IMG/VR virus record: IMGVR_UViG_3300023174_000039
Coordinates: 248,001 to 312,000 of that record
DNA length: 64,000 bases
Direction: 5' to 3' (one strand)
Numbering within the stretch: the first letter of the stretch is position 1; each line of letters starts with the position of its first letter. The notes under the pieces are model-generated. The model searched no databases and was not told where the DNA came from. It saw only the letters and a list, made by a program, of their open reading frames with translations. Made by a program: the position numbers and the translations under genes. Shown piece by piece: positions 38,901 through 47,050 of the stretch.

Positions 38901-41804
38901 TGAGTTAGACGTGGTTTCTAAAGTGTATGTTCCTGGATCTTTAAATTTACTACCAACGTAGATTTTTACAGCTGGAACAATGCCGTCGCTTTGTGCTTGA
39001 ATATCCAGCAACAAAGGTCTACCAGTGTAGGTAAATTTAAACTGTTGTCTAACCTGAGTTGGTGTAATTGCTGTGTTCCATCCTAGCAGTCGATCATACA
39101 ATAATCTTGTGGCATACTCTCTAGGAAATCCAGAGCTGATGGACGAAGTTGTACTAACGTTATCACGCACATATAAAAATGTATCTTTGTATAGATTATT
39201 TTCAAATACAATGTCACCAACGTTGTTCAAATTCAAATACTGTAACGGAAATTGTAAAATTGGATCTAATATACCTGTAGATCCTTCGGCATAACTGAAT
39301 AATTTTGATCCAGCAAATGTTGTTGATGGGTATACTGCTTTGTTTCCAAAGCTCACCCCATTGGCGTCGTACACATTGAACAATGGTGCTTGTTGAACTT
39401 TGGTTTTCAGTTGCGCTTTGGTCCAAACAACTCCATCATACCAAAATGTAATGCCTCTAAGAGTTGAGCCATCTAGACACACAGTACTCTCGTCGACTAA
39501 TACATCACCGTCATTGGCCAGCGTCAAATTAATAACAGGCTGAGAAATTATTGGAGATATTGAATCGGGAGACACAAAATTAACAACCCAAATCTTATTT
39601 CGAACATTGGCATCTGCATCCTTGGCAAAGATAACTCGGCTGCCTTGAACAAAATTGTATCCGTCTACGGTATAACCAGTTGACCCTTCTACATTACTAA
39701 ACGCATCAGTTTCTGCAAAGTCAATGACATTGACCGGCTGTTTGCCTTCTGTACCCATGTTGTACAACCGTAGTCCAGGGCGAAATTGAATAATTGGACG
39801 TTTGGCTCGGTACTGATTGTCAATGGTAACATCTGTATTATTGTATTTTGCAGTGGCGTTGATAACATCTATATGAAACCAGCGATTGCCTCTGGTCCAG
39901 GCATTGAGATCCAAGCTGGCACGGCTGATGGTTAGATAATCCAAATCTGACGGCTCTGATGCAAATGTACTGGTATCAGCATCTACCACATATGTTTCTG
40001 GGCAGATAAAATCTGTCACTGGCAACAACTTTATGGCCGTACCAACCCCACTGATATAATATTCGTTGCCAATGTAACTTGCTGGCACCACATCTCCACG
40101 GAATACAATTTTCAACCCATTGGTAAACTCTACACCATTTGGGCTGGTATATGTTTTTTTGCCAATGATTTCATCAATGTACAAAGTAGAACTTTGTGAT
40201 TGTTCAATCAGTCTGATTCGACCAAATATTCCTGGATCTGTCCCATCTTGATAGTACAACGTATCCTGCGACGCAGTCAGCAACGGTATTTGTTTAAACA
40301 CCCCAGCATCGTTCTTAAACCATCCGGTACTGGCATAAGTGTTACCATACAAGATAGTGAACTTTTCTAGATCATTGATAGTACCTACATTGGTTAGGCT
40401 AATGTAAATAAAACCATTATTATTAATATAGTTAATCTGCCAGATATCTCGACGCTGGGACAATGGTACTTCAGTTTGTTGTGTATATAACAAACTATCA
40501 TATCCTCCCACTTGACTTGTACTGCCTTGTGACAACGGATCAAAGTATGTGGTTTTGGTCCAACCGCCTACATCAGTATCCAGTGATGTGCCTTCAAAAA
40601 TCAGTGTTCTACCATCAAGTGCAGTGATGCCATCGATACCGCCGTGAGTGGCAATAAAATCAGCCACAGTGATATTGTTGATTTGATCAAATCTCAAATC
40701 AGTCAATAAATCAACTGTGCCAATGCTGGGTAGATTATAGTAAAACTGTTGCGCAATTTTGGTAGGAGCGTTAAATGTTATGGTGCCAAGATCTTCTCCA
40801 TTATTGGTTACACCATACACATCTCTAGAACTGATATTTGGGGTAGAGGGCATTTTTCCATTGAACCCTGGCGCGGCTTGAATCCAAAAGCCTGGACCAG
40901 TTCCTGGGGTACCATCAACAATGTTCAGTTGTCCACGCATGTTTGATTGCGTGGAGCTAGAATAGTACAAGGTATCTGGGGCGTCTTGGGGCACAACAAA
41001 TGTTACCAATCCAGTAACAGCACCATTATTGGTTACACCTATACTGTAAACATTGTTTAGTCCTGTGGTTGCGGCTGTTTTAATATAGAACGGATACACA
41101 CCATTTAAATTTAAATTAAACACATAGGTGTTGCCACGAACCAAAGTCAATGTAGGATTGTTAACATAGTCAATGACATATGCACTGGTTCCAGAATTAG
41201 TCACACGATAGTTTACAGTTTCTTTATCGTTTTGTGCCACTTGAAAAGTGTAACTGCCGCCACGCACCAGATCAACTGTGGGATTATCTCCGTTAAGACC
41301 AGAGAATGTGTACACACCATTGGCTCTTGTGACTACAAAATTGTCCGATGCCGGAACTCCAGTCGCTGCCACATCTACTGCTCCTGGCCCGCCAGGTAGC
41401 CAAAAATACTGACTGAAGTTGATGAACGTATCCCAGTCAATGAATGGGTCCCAGGTATAGTATTCGCTTTCAAATAGTCTGTCAGGTCGTGCAGAATTGC
41501 CGCCTTGATATGCAATTGAATCCAGCAGGCCCGGGTAAGTGATAGCATCTTCAATGGTATTGGTATCTGGCTTGAGACTGATAATACCTGGCTCAAGTTG
41601 ATAATCAGCACGAGCTTTGGTTGGCTCTACGACATATTTTTCGTTGGGGTTAACACCTGGACCCACTGTGCGGCCAATGAATCCTTGAGTCTTTTTAAAT
41701 TTGGGCTCTTGTATCAACTGATCCAGCGTGGCCGCTAGGAACTGTTTGTTTACATCAGTCTGAAAAATTTCAGGTAAAAAATCTACGCTTCGTACTTTTG
41801 CCAT
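26994..41804 (-). CDS. Giant (4936 aa) baseplate wedge/fibre-like structural protein
   Basis: Uninterrupted 14.8-kb ORF directly downstream of the gp6-like gene. It has FG-GAP-like repeats (FGxSVxxS...VGA) and many VxVNG/DG...GxDY beta repeats. Confidence 0.8.
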   Translation of the reverse strand: MAKVRSVDFLPEIFQTDVNKQFLAATLDQLIQEPKFKKTQGFIGRTVGPGVNPNEKYVVEPTKARADYQLEPGIISLKPDTNTIEDAITYPGLLDSIAYQGGNSARPDRLFESEYYTWDPFIDWDTFINFSQYFWLPGGPGAVDVAATGVPASDNFVVTRANGVYTFSGLNGDNPTVDLVRGGSYTFQVAQNDKETVNYRVTNSGTSAYVIDYVNNPTLTLVRGNTYVFNLNLNGVYPFYIKTAATTGLNNVYSIGVTNNGAVTGLVTFVVPQDAPDTLYYSSSTQSNMRGQLNIVDGTPGTGPGFWIQAAPGFNGKMPSTPNISSRDVYGVTNNGEDLGTITFNAPTKIAQQFYYNLPSIGTVDLLTDLRFDQINNITVADFIATHGGIDGITALDGRTLIFEGTSLDTDVGGWTKTTYFDPLSQGSTSQVGGYDSLLYTQQTEVPLSQRRDIWQINYINNNGFIYISLTNVGTINDLEKFTILYGNTYASTGWFKNDAGVFKQIPLLTASQDTLYYQDGTDPGIFGRIRLIEQSQSSTLYIDEIIGKKTYTSPNGVEFTNGLKIVFRGDVVPASYIGNEYYISGVGTAIKLLPVTDFICPETYVVDADTSTFASEPSDLDYLTISRASLDLNAWTRGNRWFHIDVINATAKYNNTDVTIDNQYRAKRPIIQFRPGLRLYNMGTEGKQPVNVIDFAETDAFSNVEGSTGYTVDGYNFVQGSRVIFAKDADANVRNKIWVVNFVSPDSISPIISQPVINLTLANDGDVLVDESTVCLDGSTLRGITFWYDGVVWTKAQLKTKVQQAPLFNVYDANGVSFGNKAVYPSTTFAGSKLFSYAEGSTGILDPILQFPLQYLNLNNVGDIVFENNLYKDTFLYVRDNVSTTSSISSGFPREYATRLLYDRLLGWNTAITPTQVRQQFKFTYTGRPLLLDIQAQSDGIVPAVKIYVGSKFKDPGTYTLETTSNSSTITLDNTYAIGDIVEVLVLSDQTSQVAFYQVPINLENNPLNGNSDVFTLGTIRTHYESICENLITLSGKINGANNTRDLGNIGPYGLIILQQSSPLTLAGYFNRSKEYNIFAALQYNSREYQKFKDLLMNEVTNLTLYTETPAEILVEAMANITLGRLESNPFYWSDMLPSGSVYIENNYTVSLITTNVFDTVQVYNYTSSNYLGLLVYKNKALLTRGIDYTVATDGPRITVLVPLAIGDVISVQEYSATYGSFVPNTPTKMGLYPTFRPVITAIDTTSGSSEVIIGHDGSQTPVFGDVRDQVLLEFETRIYNNLKLDGNPVPINASDVIPGQFRNTGYSSQEINSILNVDFLSYVGWNKLDYNTQNYIVNNEFSWNYSGSQNKLSTGQNLIGSWRGIYRYFYDTQDPAKTPWEMLGFSIKPTWWETVYGVGPYTSENMVLWDDLEAGIVADPAGTYVLPAYVRPGLTQVIPVDTEGNLVSPFECVVGNYNETTFQKSWSAGDGSPVESSWRNSSAYPFAVMRLYALTIPAKFYALYADRDLYRYQAEFDQFLYNDRYRLDANGIQVYGDGTSKASFINWIVDYNRITGINSTSALEADLASIDVRLCYRLASYSDKQYIKLYTEKSSPNSLNATLLIPDESYDLLLYKNQPFDRLIYSSVVIQIVEGGYAVYGYSTTQPYFNILVSQSAGRLKPYTVGDVTVRVPTTYTNTVAQVPYGYVFTNQTSVCDFLLSYGKLLTDQGLTFDDRVNGYQLDWDQMVVEFLYWSQQGWENNCLINLNPLASALTITKPGAVVDSIVTQTSENVILDQNKRELPARNINIVRLDNTLTLQPLTDQSLSFADLRFTNFEHMIVLNNQSVFGDLIYQPITGARQSRLNFVGVTTTEWNGTVDAQGFILNQDNVEEWSGLKKYSKGQIVKYKDQYWSAQVIVDPSTDFDFNKWVKSDYNQIALGLLPNISNKANQLQNSYSINSANLENDNDLLSYGLIGFRPRQYMAALNLDDVSQVNVYSQFLGTKGTILSAELLSNANLGKESADYQIYENWAVQRAVYGANANRSFVELKLNRALLSANPSLVQVIQPQEQSQADQTILLDNVWRQSYKLTSPDFLPTTITQVTDTALPNAGYVNLEDADIATFDLGTRSTIAANLGLVSVGATVWVAKVNNYDWDIYRCVNIPGFIDHVCDNLDGTSIVNFTKPHGLSVGDRLIIKQFDTRIDGVYKVLTVQGINRVTIAYTFTPGGQTVINGVGIGFTLKTQRVRQASDIINLPYANDIQTGAKLWVDNDGTGHWEVLQKENQFSTVIELSPKLLDATEQYGQSVSQARNRFAALVGSPRYGFPTGAEKGAVYVYVKNYSDQYAPVSPVANGDAVLTLDTTGARGFGNAVEFGNQTWAVAGASKSLGPASQADVGYAAIIYRDPNLGKPGVIPYVSWQLLVSPNNTESGLFGHSVAISTDERWVYIGAPAANKVYAYGRVDWQDQFVKSRGDGVTKSFSIAQTIQINTATQLLVTLDGTQQLLGTDYTVDSGLATVTFATAPAVGVLVDIHRYNNKIIDGGNYYNVAQTSTSGSGTGAKFTIRRVRNEVGQPGSISGGVGVTAGGTGYAVGNTITFAASKFGGQANLVLTVVSVGAGGKVETFNIAYTPVTLTSTFSLNEYFFTVDNIYSFSVYVDTVLQRPGIDYTFNTSTQDMTFVNNPAAGTLISVQAQSYFEYVNTLTVAGLAADAQFGYSVTTTVDGRQVIIGCKDEDISGKVDAGSVYVFDRNVQRFDYGTDPSSTMFTVLGTVTAPVSVIVNNVFLVNQNNSIIGASNSFTVSGNDITINSDLQTGDVIEIETNQFTQMQKITKNTVTEYTNFGQSVDICVYSCSLYVGAPQDSTDGWKSGSVQRNVNQSRVYGSTVSLNQDPVLTPGHTLRVNNQDVVILFPTAEQTSLQRLAQSITETVPNVVASVSKGYLTIAVKNPASAAPGNKLQVAPGSVGSAFTTIGFNTFTYTQSIYSPYPVDFAGFGTSISIDDSAANLVVGSPRGTLYLITIFDDGTTDFDENSTIFFSEVVQSGAVYTYDYLASADETAANPGKFAFGLQITDSNVYPYDVYGASVSYVDGVLMVGASGSDATAADSSGSNYGRVFVFENATRMPAWTPIRVQQPVVDIRLLNSVFTYDRLTSARTQQFDFFDPLQGKILGAAKQNINYISAIDPAGYNVGPTNNSGNTWLADHVGQVWWDVSTVRFIDPNQDDIVYASRRWGQVFPGSTVDMYQWIQSSVPPATYTGEGKPLNVYSYTVSTKLSVDGTFNTYYYFWVKGLTTVATQQGKTLAPQTVANYIENPKASGIAYIAPVNASTVAIYNATTIIEAEDTVISVEFDREYTDNNVHVEYELIAQGKSDAFLSTNLYRKLQDSFCGVDTAGNLVPDPTLNDAERYGVQFRPRQSMFVDRFAALKNYIVRTNNVLSLYPIVENRSLLLLNSREPEPPSTTGGIVNWNLRVANLEILSFQDISLVPFGYKYLVDSDSRNNGLWTIYTVQNGQGALVGTKELVLTRVQNYDTRRYWSYVNWYRPGYNSSTKVIAEVPNYSALATITVPVGSSVKVTANAQGKFEIYLLTDLGWERVGLQDGTIEISAEIYNYALGRFGFDVEVFDAQYFDQEPVIETRKIIQAINEELFIDELALERNKALTLMFNFVLSEFSAPEWLVKTSLIDVDHNIRNLAPFQNYRRDNQEFVLDYVKEVKPYHVQIREFNLRYNGQDEYGGDVTDFDVPAYYNTSLVVPQYTSPILNIDDTTDPRYQEPYLHSTHQQDNTLSDTPPSSLVWQAWPYSQWYNHYLLNLQLIKVITGGSGYTEPPTVTLDGDATTPATLQAFLGPVNASGTASVLYVAIIDEGSGYYATPNVIFSGGNGSGARAYALMNNDLVRSFKTVIKYDRYQYHTNILTWTANVTYENGTLVRYDDQVWRAANPTGTSVTSATFNLEDWQLVPANELSGVDRTMGYYIPGVNEPGLDLPLLIDGTSYPGVQVWGDYFLGSDPTSTQLECTATSADNNQITCTNTLGLQATAPIKFLGTTIGGIEQDVNYFVKDIVDQTHFTICAKVGGFTIELTTATGSMQAISLQMLDATYSSSFRDVYLGTRYSDINIDGGKFIGMYEGYAPEELVNGSEFDTLDIRVYTRPGSDWTLYDNIAGSNGHGFQITSRRYTYSLSNTELNWNGLVENPVHLEISNVSSGIDLVPNIDYVVDWVARTVAMRSGVTSGDIINITAYELGGGSQLYRQNYVGDKVGNKLIVPVNSTEIYQAVLFVNGVYTAVNSWEPYYPASIWNQLNTYSTLDVVYTTGPTTYYRALQNVIAGIDIHNTAYWQQFVPTTLSKIALNRVYTSTDALNITILGFTTPKQYSWSTPQTEYFTVTSAINASKTVNLANSVAGTNIPNMIVEINGVRLRPYEGIEWIGDNSTTSFGLPQRGGYQQSIINPVTDITVFVDNVLQVQSFGSITGDYSVTNWNGSNTPGRQVQFVTAPDYGARILISVSVAAAYYVAGSQLQLISPPSVGSIIAVTTFNDTSQQNILTQVYQGPVVGGVVIDEPYDSTAFDTGVVNNDPGSYAYSEGIPLLSNQFDLGRLGVDASRLWVTLNGYRLFDGQDYTVQGQYVIFASGAIASSDIAVIQEFTNSIVPEAMAFRVFQDMRGVQATYRITTNSTTELVQPLSSIADIMYVLNASNLSEPDLTNGVFGVCTIGGERIMYRYRNTALNTISGLMRGTAGTAAAEHIIGTPIYDMGRGNLLGEQYQDHIIKDDTLADGSTTIFYAPSIYLPIVDPKDSSTVYIDHSIEVYVGGTRQYPITEVNTPSQYRYTVFTVDPVVPGDPYTIGVEFITDNDPYHPLLAPAAGVSVTIAQRRGYFWYGNGIVQKATTAIAGESYFINAVGNTDFTRIGAAENTVGILFTATGPGTGTGTISTVSNGIALQQTNTQAARFLRGL

Positions 41805-44800
41805 TAAATGACTCCACTGCCTGGTGCTGTTCTTAGATTGGTGCTGGTCAGGGCTTCAATCACTTCTATATTAGTTATGTCTGCTGCATTCACAAAAATT
41901 TCGTTGGGCTCAGATCTAATCTCATACAAGTCACCAAAACTTTTCTGTGTGTCAAGTGGTACTAGCACTATTGAACTAATGATAGTGCCAAGTGTTCTGT
42001 GTAAGTATCCTGCTAGTTCAGAGAAATAAAATGTATCGCCAAAGTTCCATTTGTCAATGCTGAAATAGCTGTTCATTGCTGCCACCACACTGCTCTTGAT
42101 TTCACTGGTACTGGCTGTTGAGTTCTGTGCTTTGATCACTTTGATTGTGGCTCTCAGTTGTTGTGCGGCTTTGGCACCAAACAATGGTTTAAAGTTCACT
42201 GAGTTCAACACAATGTTGTCTGAAATCATTTTGTAATCTTGTAAGCCTTGGTATGCTGTTGACAATTCATCAATGGTAGGAACGTCAGGTTCTGTCACTG
42301 TACCTGTGGTGTCTTTGATCCAGTTCTGATATGCGGTATAATATGCCTGTGTAACCACGTACAGGTCAATGATGTTTGTGGTGCCAGGATCAATGCGATT
42401 GGTCAATGGCGAGTTGTGACGATACTGGAAATACAAGTTTTGTCTTCCTGCTCTTGCAATCCATCCTGACTGTTGAACCAATGTTCGTGTGCCAGCAACA
42501 TTGATACTGAGTAGATAAAACAAGTTTTGAGAATAAGCATAGAACACTTGTCCTGGACTCCACTCTGATTTTACCAATTCAATGTCGTCTAATGTAGCGT
42601 AGTCTGAGTTGACTACCCCTTCTTCAACCAACAAGTAACGTTGTAAGTTGTCAAAGTCCACTGTTTGCTGGAGGAACACCCAAGGTCCTGTGCTGGGAGT
42701 AGTTGGAACTGGTCCTACAATCTCACTAAAGAAATCTGGATTATCAGGTACACCATCATTGTCTGAATCGCGGAAACTTACCAAGACCTGGAAGTCATCA
42801 ACATATCCGTCACTCTCTACAGGCTGTCCAATGATATTCATGTAGATATCACTTTGCAACGGCTTGCTGTCAGTTGGTTGTGTATTCATTGCCAACACAT
42901 TGATAAAGTCTTTGATAATTGTGCCAGTTCGACTGTCGTAGACCAATTGGTCATCATAGAAGAAGAAACGTGTTTGTAACACACTGCCAAAGTTATATGC
43001 AAGTCCGCGGAAAGTCACTGTGTAGTTTTGATTTTCAACCACAAACTGTGCTAGCCAACTGGCATCCTTGTTTGTGCCTGATGTATCCCCGGCATATGTT
43101 TGACTCCACGTAGCATTGGCGTTGAGATTTGTACTGGTGATCAAATACCATGTACCTGGAGGAATAGTTACACCTTGTGCTGTGACGAGTTCTGTACTGG
43201 CGTAACCAATACCAAAATTGCGGAACAATTCAATTTGATCGCCCATTTGTTGCTCTAGTGACAATGGCAAGTCTGTGATAAACACAGGAATGATGCTGTC
43301 AACCACTGCTCCTGTTGGCACAAAGTTATTGAGAGTTACTGGGCCAGTGCCTGATGGTAAGTTGCCAATACCGCCATTGTACCCGTCTCCCACGATGGCT
43401 TGTGGAGCTGCCCATATCTCAGAACTTTCTTCTGGTTTAGTAGGTGGCCCTGGTTGCAATCTGTTGTTACGATCAAAATGGTATTCTATCCCGTTGATTG
43501 TTGGGGCAGTGAATTTAATAATGCTGCCGACTTGTACGTATTTAAAAACCGTCGTGGTGCTATTACCAACCGGAATAGCATTTCCGTTGGCATTTTCAAA
43601 GTACCCAGTGGTTTCGTTGGCCAGTGTGGTACTCTGTTGCCAGGTACTTAATGCTGTGGCTGAATCTACAACGTTGACTGTGGGTCTAGGAAAGTTGGCA
43701 TAATAAAATTGTTTCATTGTGGCTTTGCCCACTTGTGGTTGAGCAGAGTTAGTAACAAAGTCAGCAATTTCGTTGCGGTTGATCCACGAGAACAATACTG
43801 TGGGGAGAATATTTTGTTCCCACAACGCACCGTCACTGGAGAAAGAGTTAGTTGATGAATACTTGCCAGTATTGTCCACTAGATCCAGGTACCGGCTGGT
43901 ACCAATTGAACTACGGTTTAGAGCCTTGGATTTAATAATACTATTGTAGGCAGTGTAAGGAAACAGATTGTAGTCTTCACCATTGACCATACGGTTTTGT
44001 GTGTAGTATCTGGCAGGAGCACGTTGCTTGATTGCGTCAATTGTTTCACGTGCTTGTGCATTGCTCACTGGTTGAGTGATGCCACAAGTGAATGTGATTG
44101 TTTGAATGTTACCATTGCGGTCAGTGTAACTGATTGGCAATGTAACGTTTTGCATTTCTTCAGGATTGATAATGTACTGCAATCCGTTTGATGCACGAGT
44201 ATAGCAACGGAAGATACCAACTGGAATCTCTGAGAACACTCCGTCGCCAAAAACTAGAGTAATTTGGTCATTGCTACGACTGGTGGTAGAATAAATAGGA
44301 CGCAATGCCACAGTTTGTTCTGCGGCTGCTGTGTATACACTTTCTACATACTGCCATTCGCGGTTGATATTGCCTAGATTGGTAAGTTCAAACAACCAAC
44401 GGTCGGTGTTGTTGACGCCTTCTACATTGATGTTTACAGTGCGGTTGCTTGTGCGTTCCGCCAAGTTAAAATCTGTGTTCTGCAATGTGCCTTGCTTGAA
44501 CATAAAGAAGTAGCCGGTGTTGGCAGAACTAAATCCCAATTGATCATTACGGAACAACACGTTGAAACTTGTGTTTGGAACTGGTGGTGGCTCATATAGA
44601 TAGTCTCGGCCTACACTGGTGGATGTGGTGGCTTCAAATGGCATATTAACACCATCAACTGTGGCAGTATAAGGGATCACTGGCAAAAAGCCTGGCACTA
44701 GATTCACTGCATACTCAGCAGTATCCACACCTAGTATTGTTTGTTTGTTGCCTGGACGACCAACACGTTGAGTATCAACCAATGAAGCATTGATAATTGC

Positions 44801-45271
44801 TGTGAACTGTTCTTGCCAGTCTGGATTTGTAGGATCTGCCCAGTCAACTGTGACGTTAGATAAGTTCACTCCGTTATAGTCAACAACATTTTCTGTTGTG
44901 GTAACATTGAATACTTTTAACAGGCCTTGAGCGGCTGTGTTGCGCTTGGGACTGTAGCTTACTAGGTTAGCAAGACGCACAACAGAATCACGACGTTCTG
45001 CTGTGTCCAAATAATTCTCACGAGTATTAAGGTCAGTACGGAAAGCAAGCGATTGCCCCATAAACGCAATAATGTCTAACAGCGCAATAAATTCACTTGA
45101 CTCAATGTAGTCATTGAATGTTTCTGGATAGTACAAACGTAGATAATCTACAAAACTCTTGCGTAGAGTTTCAAAATCGTAGCTTTGGAAGTCTGCTTCT
45201 CTATACGTCTGATAGATTTGCTTCCAATCTTCTACTCCAAATATTGCCGTTTGTCTAGTGGTTGTTGCCAT
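41804..45271 (-). CDS. Baseplate wedge subunit, T4 gp6-like
   Basis: DFETLRKSF, LLDIIAF, RENYLDTAERRDSVVRLA..VSY.PKR, FGDG, ETIDAIKQRAP..Y.TQNRMV..EDY. Confidence 0.85.
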   Translation of the reverse strand: MATTTRQTAIFGVEDWKQIYQTYREADFQSYDFETLRKSFVDYLRLYYPETFNDYIESSEFIALLDIIAFMGQSLAFRTDLNTRENYLDTAERRDSVVRLANLVSYSPKRNTAAQGLLKVFNVTTTENVVDYNGVNLSNVTVDWADPTNPDWQEQFTAIINASLVDTQRVGRPGNKQTILGVDTAEYAVNLVPGFLPVIPYTATVDGVNMPFEATTSTSVGRDYLYEPPPVPNTSFNVLFRNDQLGFSSANTGYFFMFKQGTLQNTDFNLAERTSNRTVNINVEGVNNTDRWLFELTNLGNINREWQYVESVYTAAAEQTVALRPIYSTTSRSNDQITLVFGDGVFSEIPVGIFRCYTRASNGLQYIINPEEMQNVTLPISYTDRNGNIQTITFTCGITQPVSNAQARETIDAIKQRAPARYYTQNRMVNGEDYNLFPYTAYNSIIKSKALNRSSIGTSRYLDLVDNTGKYSSTNSFSSDGALWEQNILPTVLFSWINRNEIADFVTNSAQPQVGKATMKQFYYANFPRPTVNVVDSATALSTWQQSTTLANETTGYFENANGNAIPVGNSTTTVFKYVQVGSIIKFTAPTINGIEYHFDRNNRLQPGPPTKPEESSEIWAAPQAIVGDGYNGGIGNLPSGTGPVTLNNFVPTGAVVDSIIPVFITDLPLSLEQQMGDQIELFRNFGIGYASTELVTAQGVTIPPGTWYLITSTNLNANATWSQTYAGDTSGTNKDASWLAQFVVENQNYTVTFRGLAYNFGSVLQTRFFFYDDQLVYDSRTGTIIKDFINVLAMNTQPTDSKPLQSDIYMNIIGQPVESDGYVDDFQVLVSFRDSDNDGVPDNPDFFSEIVGPVPTTPSTGPWVFLQQTVDFDNLQRYLLVEEGVVNSDYATLDDIELVKSEWSPGQVFYAYSQNLFYLLSINVAGTRTLVQQSGWIARAGRQNLYFQYRHNSPLTNRIDPGTTNIIDLYVVTQAYYTAYQNWIKDTTGTVTEPDVPTIDELSTAYQGLQDYKMISDNIVLNSVNFKPLFGAKAAQQLRATIKVIKAQNSTASTSEIKSSVVAAMNSYFSIDKWNFGDTFYFSELAGYLHRTLGTIISSIVLVPLDTQKSFGDLYEIRSEPNEIFVNAADITNIEVIEALTSTNLRTAPGSGVI

Positions 45272-45298
45272 TGTTCTGTAACCTTTGTGTCACTGAAG

Positions 45299-45306
45299 TA
45301 TTTATG
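45299..45306 (-). promoter_or_regulatory. Late promoter variant CATAAATA
   Basis: Intergenic, 27 nt upstream of ATG 45271. Confidence 0.6.
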
Positions 45307-45325
45307 GTTACTAAAAACGGCGTAG

Positions 45326-45700
45326 TTATACGTAGGAGGCCACTCGTTGTTGTTGATCAAAGAATATGCTGAGAATTTCGGCGTTTTGCGTGGGCACTGC
45401 TGTGAGTTGTATCTCGATCAAGATACCATTTTCCTGTGGATAAGTTTGTATATCACTGATGTAGATGCGCGGATCACCGCCTGCTACACGTTGTATTTCT
45501 GCTTCTATTCCGTTTTGTGTTTGTGTTGTTTGTGGTTCAAACAAAAAATCCCAAATCACTGTGCCATATGCTGGGCGACCAGGCAGTTGTCCTTGACGGA
45601 TATTAAATGCATTCAACAGGTCACGTTTGATCAGATCAAAGTCAGTTAATGTAAACTTTTTGTATTGTCTAATGGTGTTGAACCCAATGAATGTAGTCAT
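45326..45700 (-). CDS. Baseplate wedge subunit, gp25-like
   Basis: IKRDLLNAFNIRQG...PAYG..IWDFLFEP...DPRI pattern and length. Confidence 0.85.
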   Translation of the reverse strand: MTTFIGFNTIRQYKKFTLTDFDLIKRDLLNAFNIRQGQLPGRPAYGTVIWDFLFEPQTTQTQNGIEAEIQRVAGGDPRIYISDIQTYPQENGILIEIQLTAVPTQNAEILSIFFDQQQRVASYV

Positions 45701-45705
45701 GATAA

Positions 45706-45713
45706 TATTTATA
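45706..45713 (-). promoter_or_regulatory. T4-type late promoter TATAAATA
   Basis: Exact TATAAATA, 5 nt before ATG 45700. Confidence 0.65.
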
Positions 45714-47049
45714 TGCTTTGTAACGAGGCATTAAATCGGCGAATGTTTTCAATTTCGTTATCTAATAATTCAATCAATGCTTGAGCGTTTGCGATTGCCA
45801 ATTCAGCTCGGGTACTAAGTGTTTTAGAAGTAGTTGCTACTGAAATTGCTACTGCGGCCAAACTGTCAACGACTGGAGTAATTTCGGACTTTAATGCTGT
45901 TATTCGTGCTTCTCTAGCGTCAACTGTGTCTGACAACATGGGTTCAGCAATGATAGCATTGGCCTTGGACTCAACATCACTGAGTTGCATATACAATGTT
46001 TTTAGTTCTTGTTCAGCAGCTGGGTCAGGTGTACCTTTGTTATAGTTTAAACTGGGGATCTTATCGTTTCCAACTACTCTACCAACGGCAGCATTAAGAG
46101 TTGTTCTGTTAACAGTCCCCACTGATCCAGTGATCTGTTTGATGTTCAATGTCTCGTTAGCCAGTTTCTCATCAACTAGATTTACTGCAAACGATGCATC
46201 TTTAGCTGTTTGGTTGAACTTTGACAGTAGACCCGAACTTAACGTTGATGTTTGTCCTGTTGCCCAGGCCAGAGTTGCAGTAACATCTTTGGCTGCGTTT
46301 AATGCAACTCCTCCGAGCACTGTTGCAGATAATTTATCTATAGGCAACCCCAATGATTTAACTTGATCTAATCCTGTGGTCATGAGACTCTGTTGTACTT
46401 TGCTTTGCGCTGCCGGGTTGTTTAACATATTCTGAACTTGGTTAATTCCATCTTTACCAGTCCATACCGAAGGGCTGTTCAACACACTGGTTATAGAATT
46501 TTGTCCCGTGGAAACATATTTGGCTGTCATGCCTGGCTTGATGTATCCTGCTTTTTCTAACTGCCCAACATCAAGTCCAAAATTGCCGGCACCCCCAAGA
46601 TTACTCACAATTGATGATGGTTGAGCCAATAACTTACTTGCCTGAGCAAGGGTACCAGTGACCTGTGAAGGATTTAGATTTCCAATGCTAGCAAGTGCTG
46701 GTAATTCTTTAACAAAGTTTCCTGGATTTATACCAGCAGTAATTCCTGTTTTACTGAGTGCAGATGTTATTCCATTGGTTGCTTTGGAAACTGATGCTCC
46801 TATACTGCTTATACCTGAAGTCAACTGAGATTGTGCTGATTTCAACCCATCAGCCACTTGACTTGCCGCATTTAGTACGTCACCTGATTTAAATCCTGTT
46901 AGGCCGCCTGTTTTGACTTGTTTTTCAAATATAGCCTGCGCTTGTGCCTGTGTCAAAGTGCTGGGTCCAGAAATTTTAAATGTTTTTGCACTGTCGGCAT
47001 CTGCTGGTGCGCCCGGCACCTGATCAATATTGAATGTAAATGTTCCCAT
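45709..47049 (-). CDS. Baseplate-associated hypothetical protein
   Basis: 446-aa ORF between the gp5-like and gp25-like genes; C-terminal coiled coil. Confidence 0.7.
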   Translation of the reverse strand: MGTFTFNIDQVPGAPADADSAKTFKISGPSTLTQAQAQAIFEKQVKTGGLTGFKSGDVLNAASQVADGLKSAQSQLTSGISSIGASVSKATNGITSALSKTGITAGINPGNFVKELPALASIGNLNPSQVTGTLAQASKLLAQPSSIVSNLGGAGNFGLDVGQLEKAGYIKPGMTAKYVSTGQNSITSVLNSPSVWTGKDGINQVQNMLNNPAAQSKVQQSLMTTGLDQVKSLGLPIDKLSATVLGGVALNAAKDVTATLAWATGQTSTLSSGLLSKFNQTAKDASFAVNLVDEKLANETLNIKQITGSVGTVNRTTLNAAVGRVVGNDKIPSLNYNKGTPDPAAEQELKTLYMQLSDVESKANAIIAEPMLSDTVDAREARITALKSEITPVVDSLAAVAISVATTSKTLSTRAELAIANAQALIELLDNEIENIRRFNASLQSI

Positions 47050-47050
47050 G

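Noticed and set aside
26994-41804. Intein or stop-codon recoding as the cause of the giant ORF
   Set aside because: I saw no intein terminal or LAGLIDADG motifs, and genes tile the window in the standard code using all three stops.
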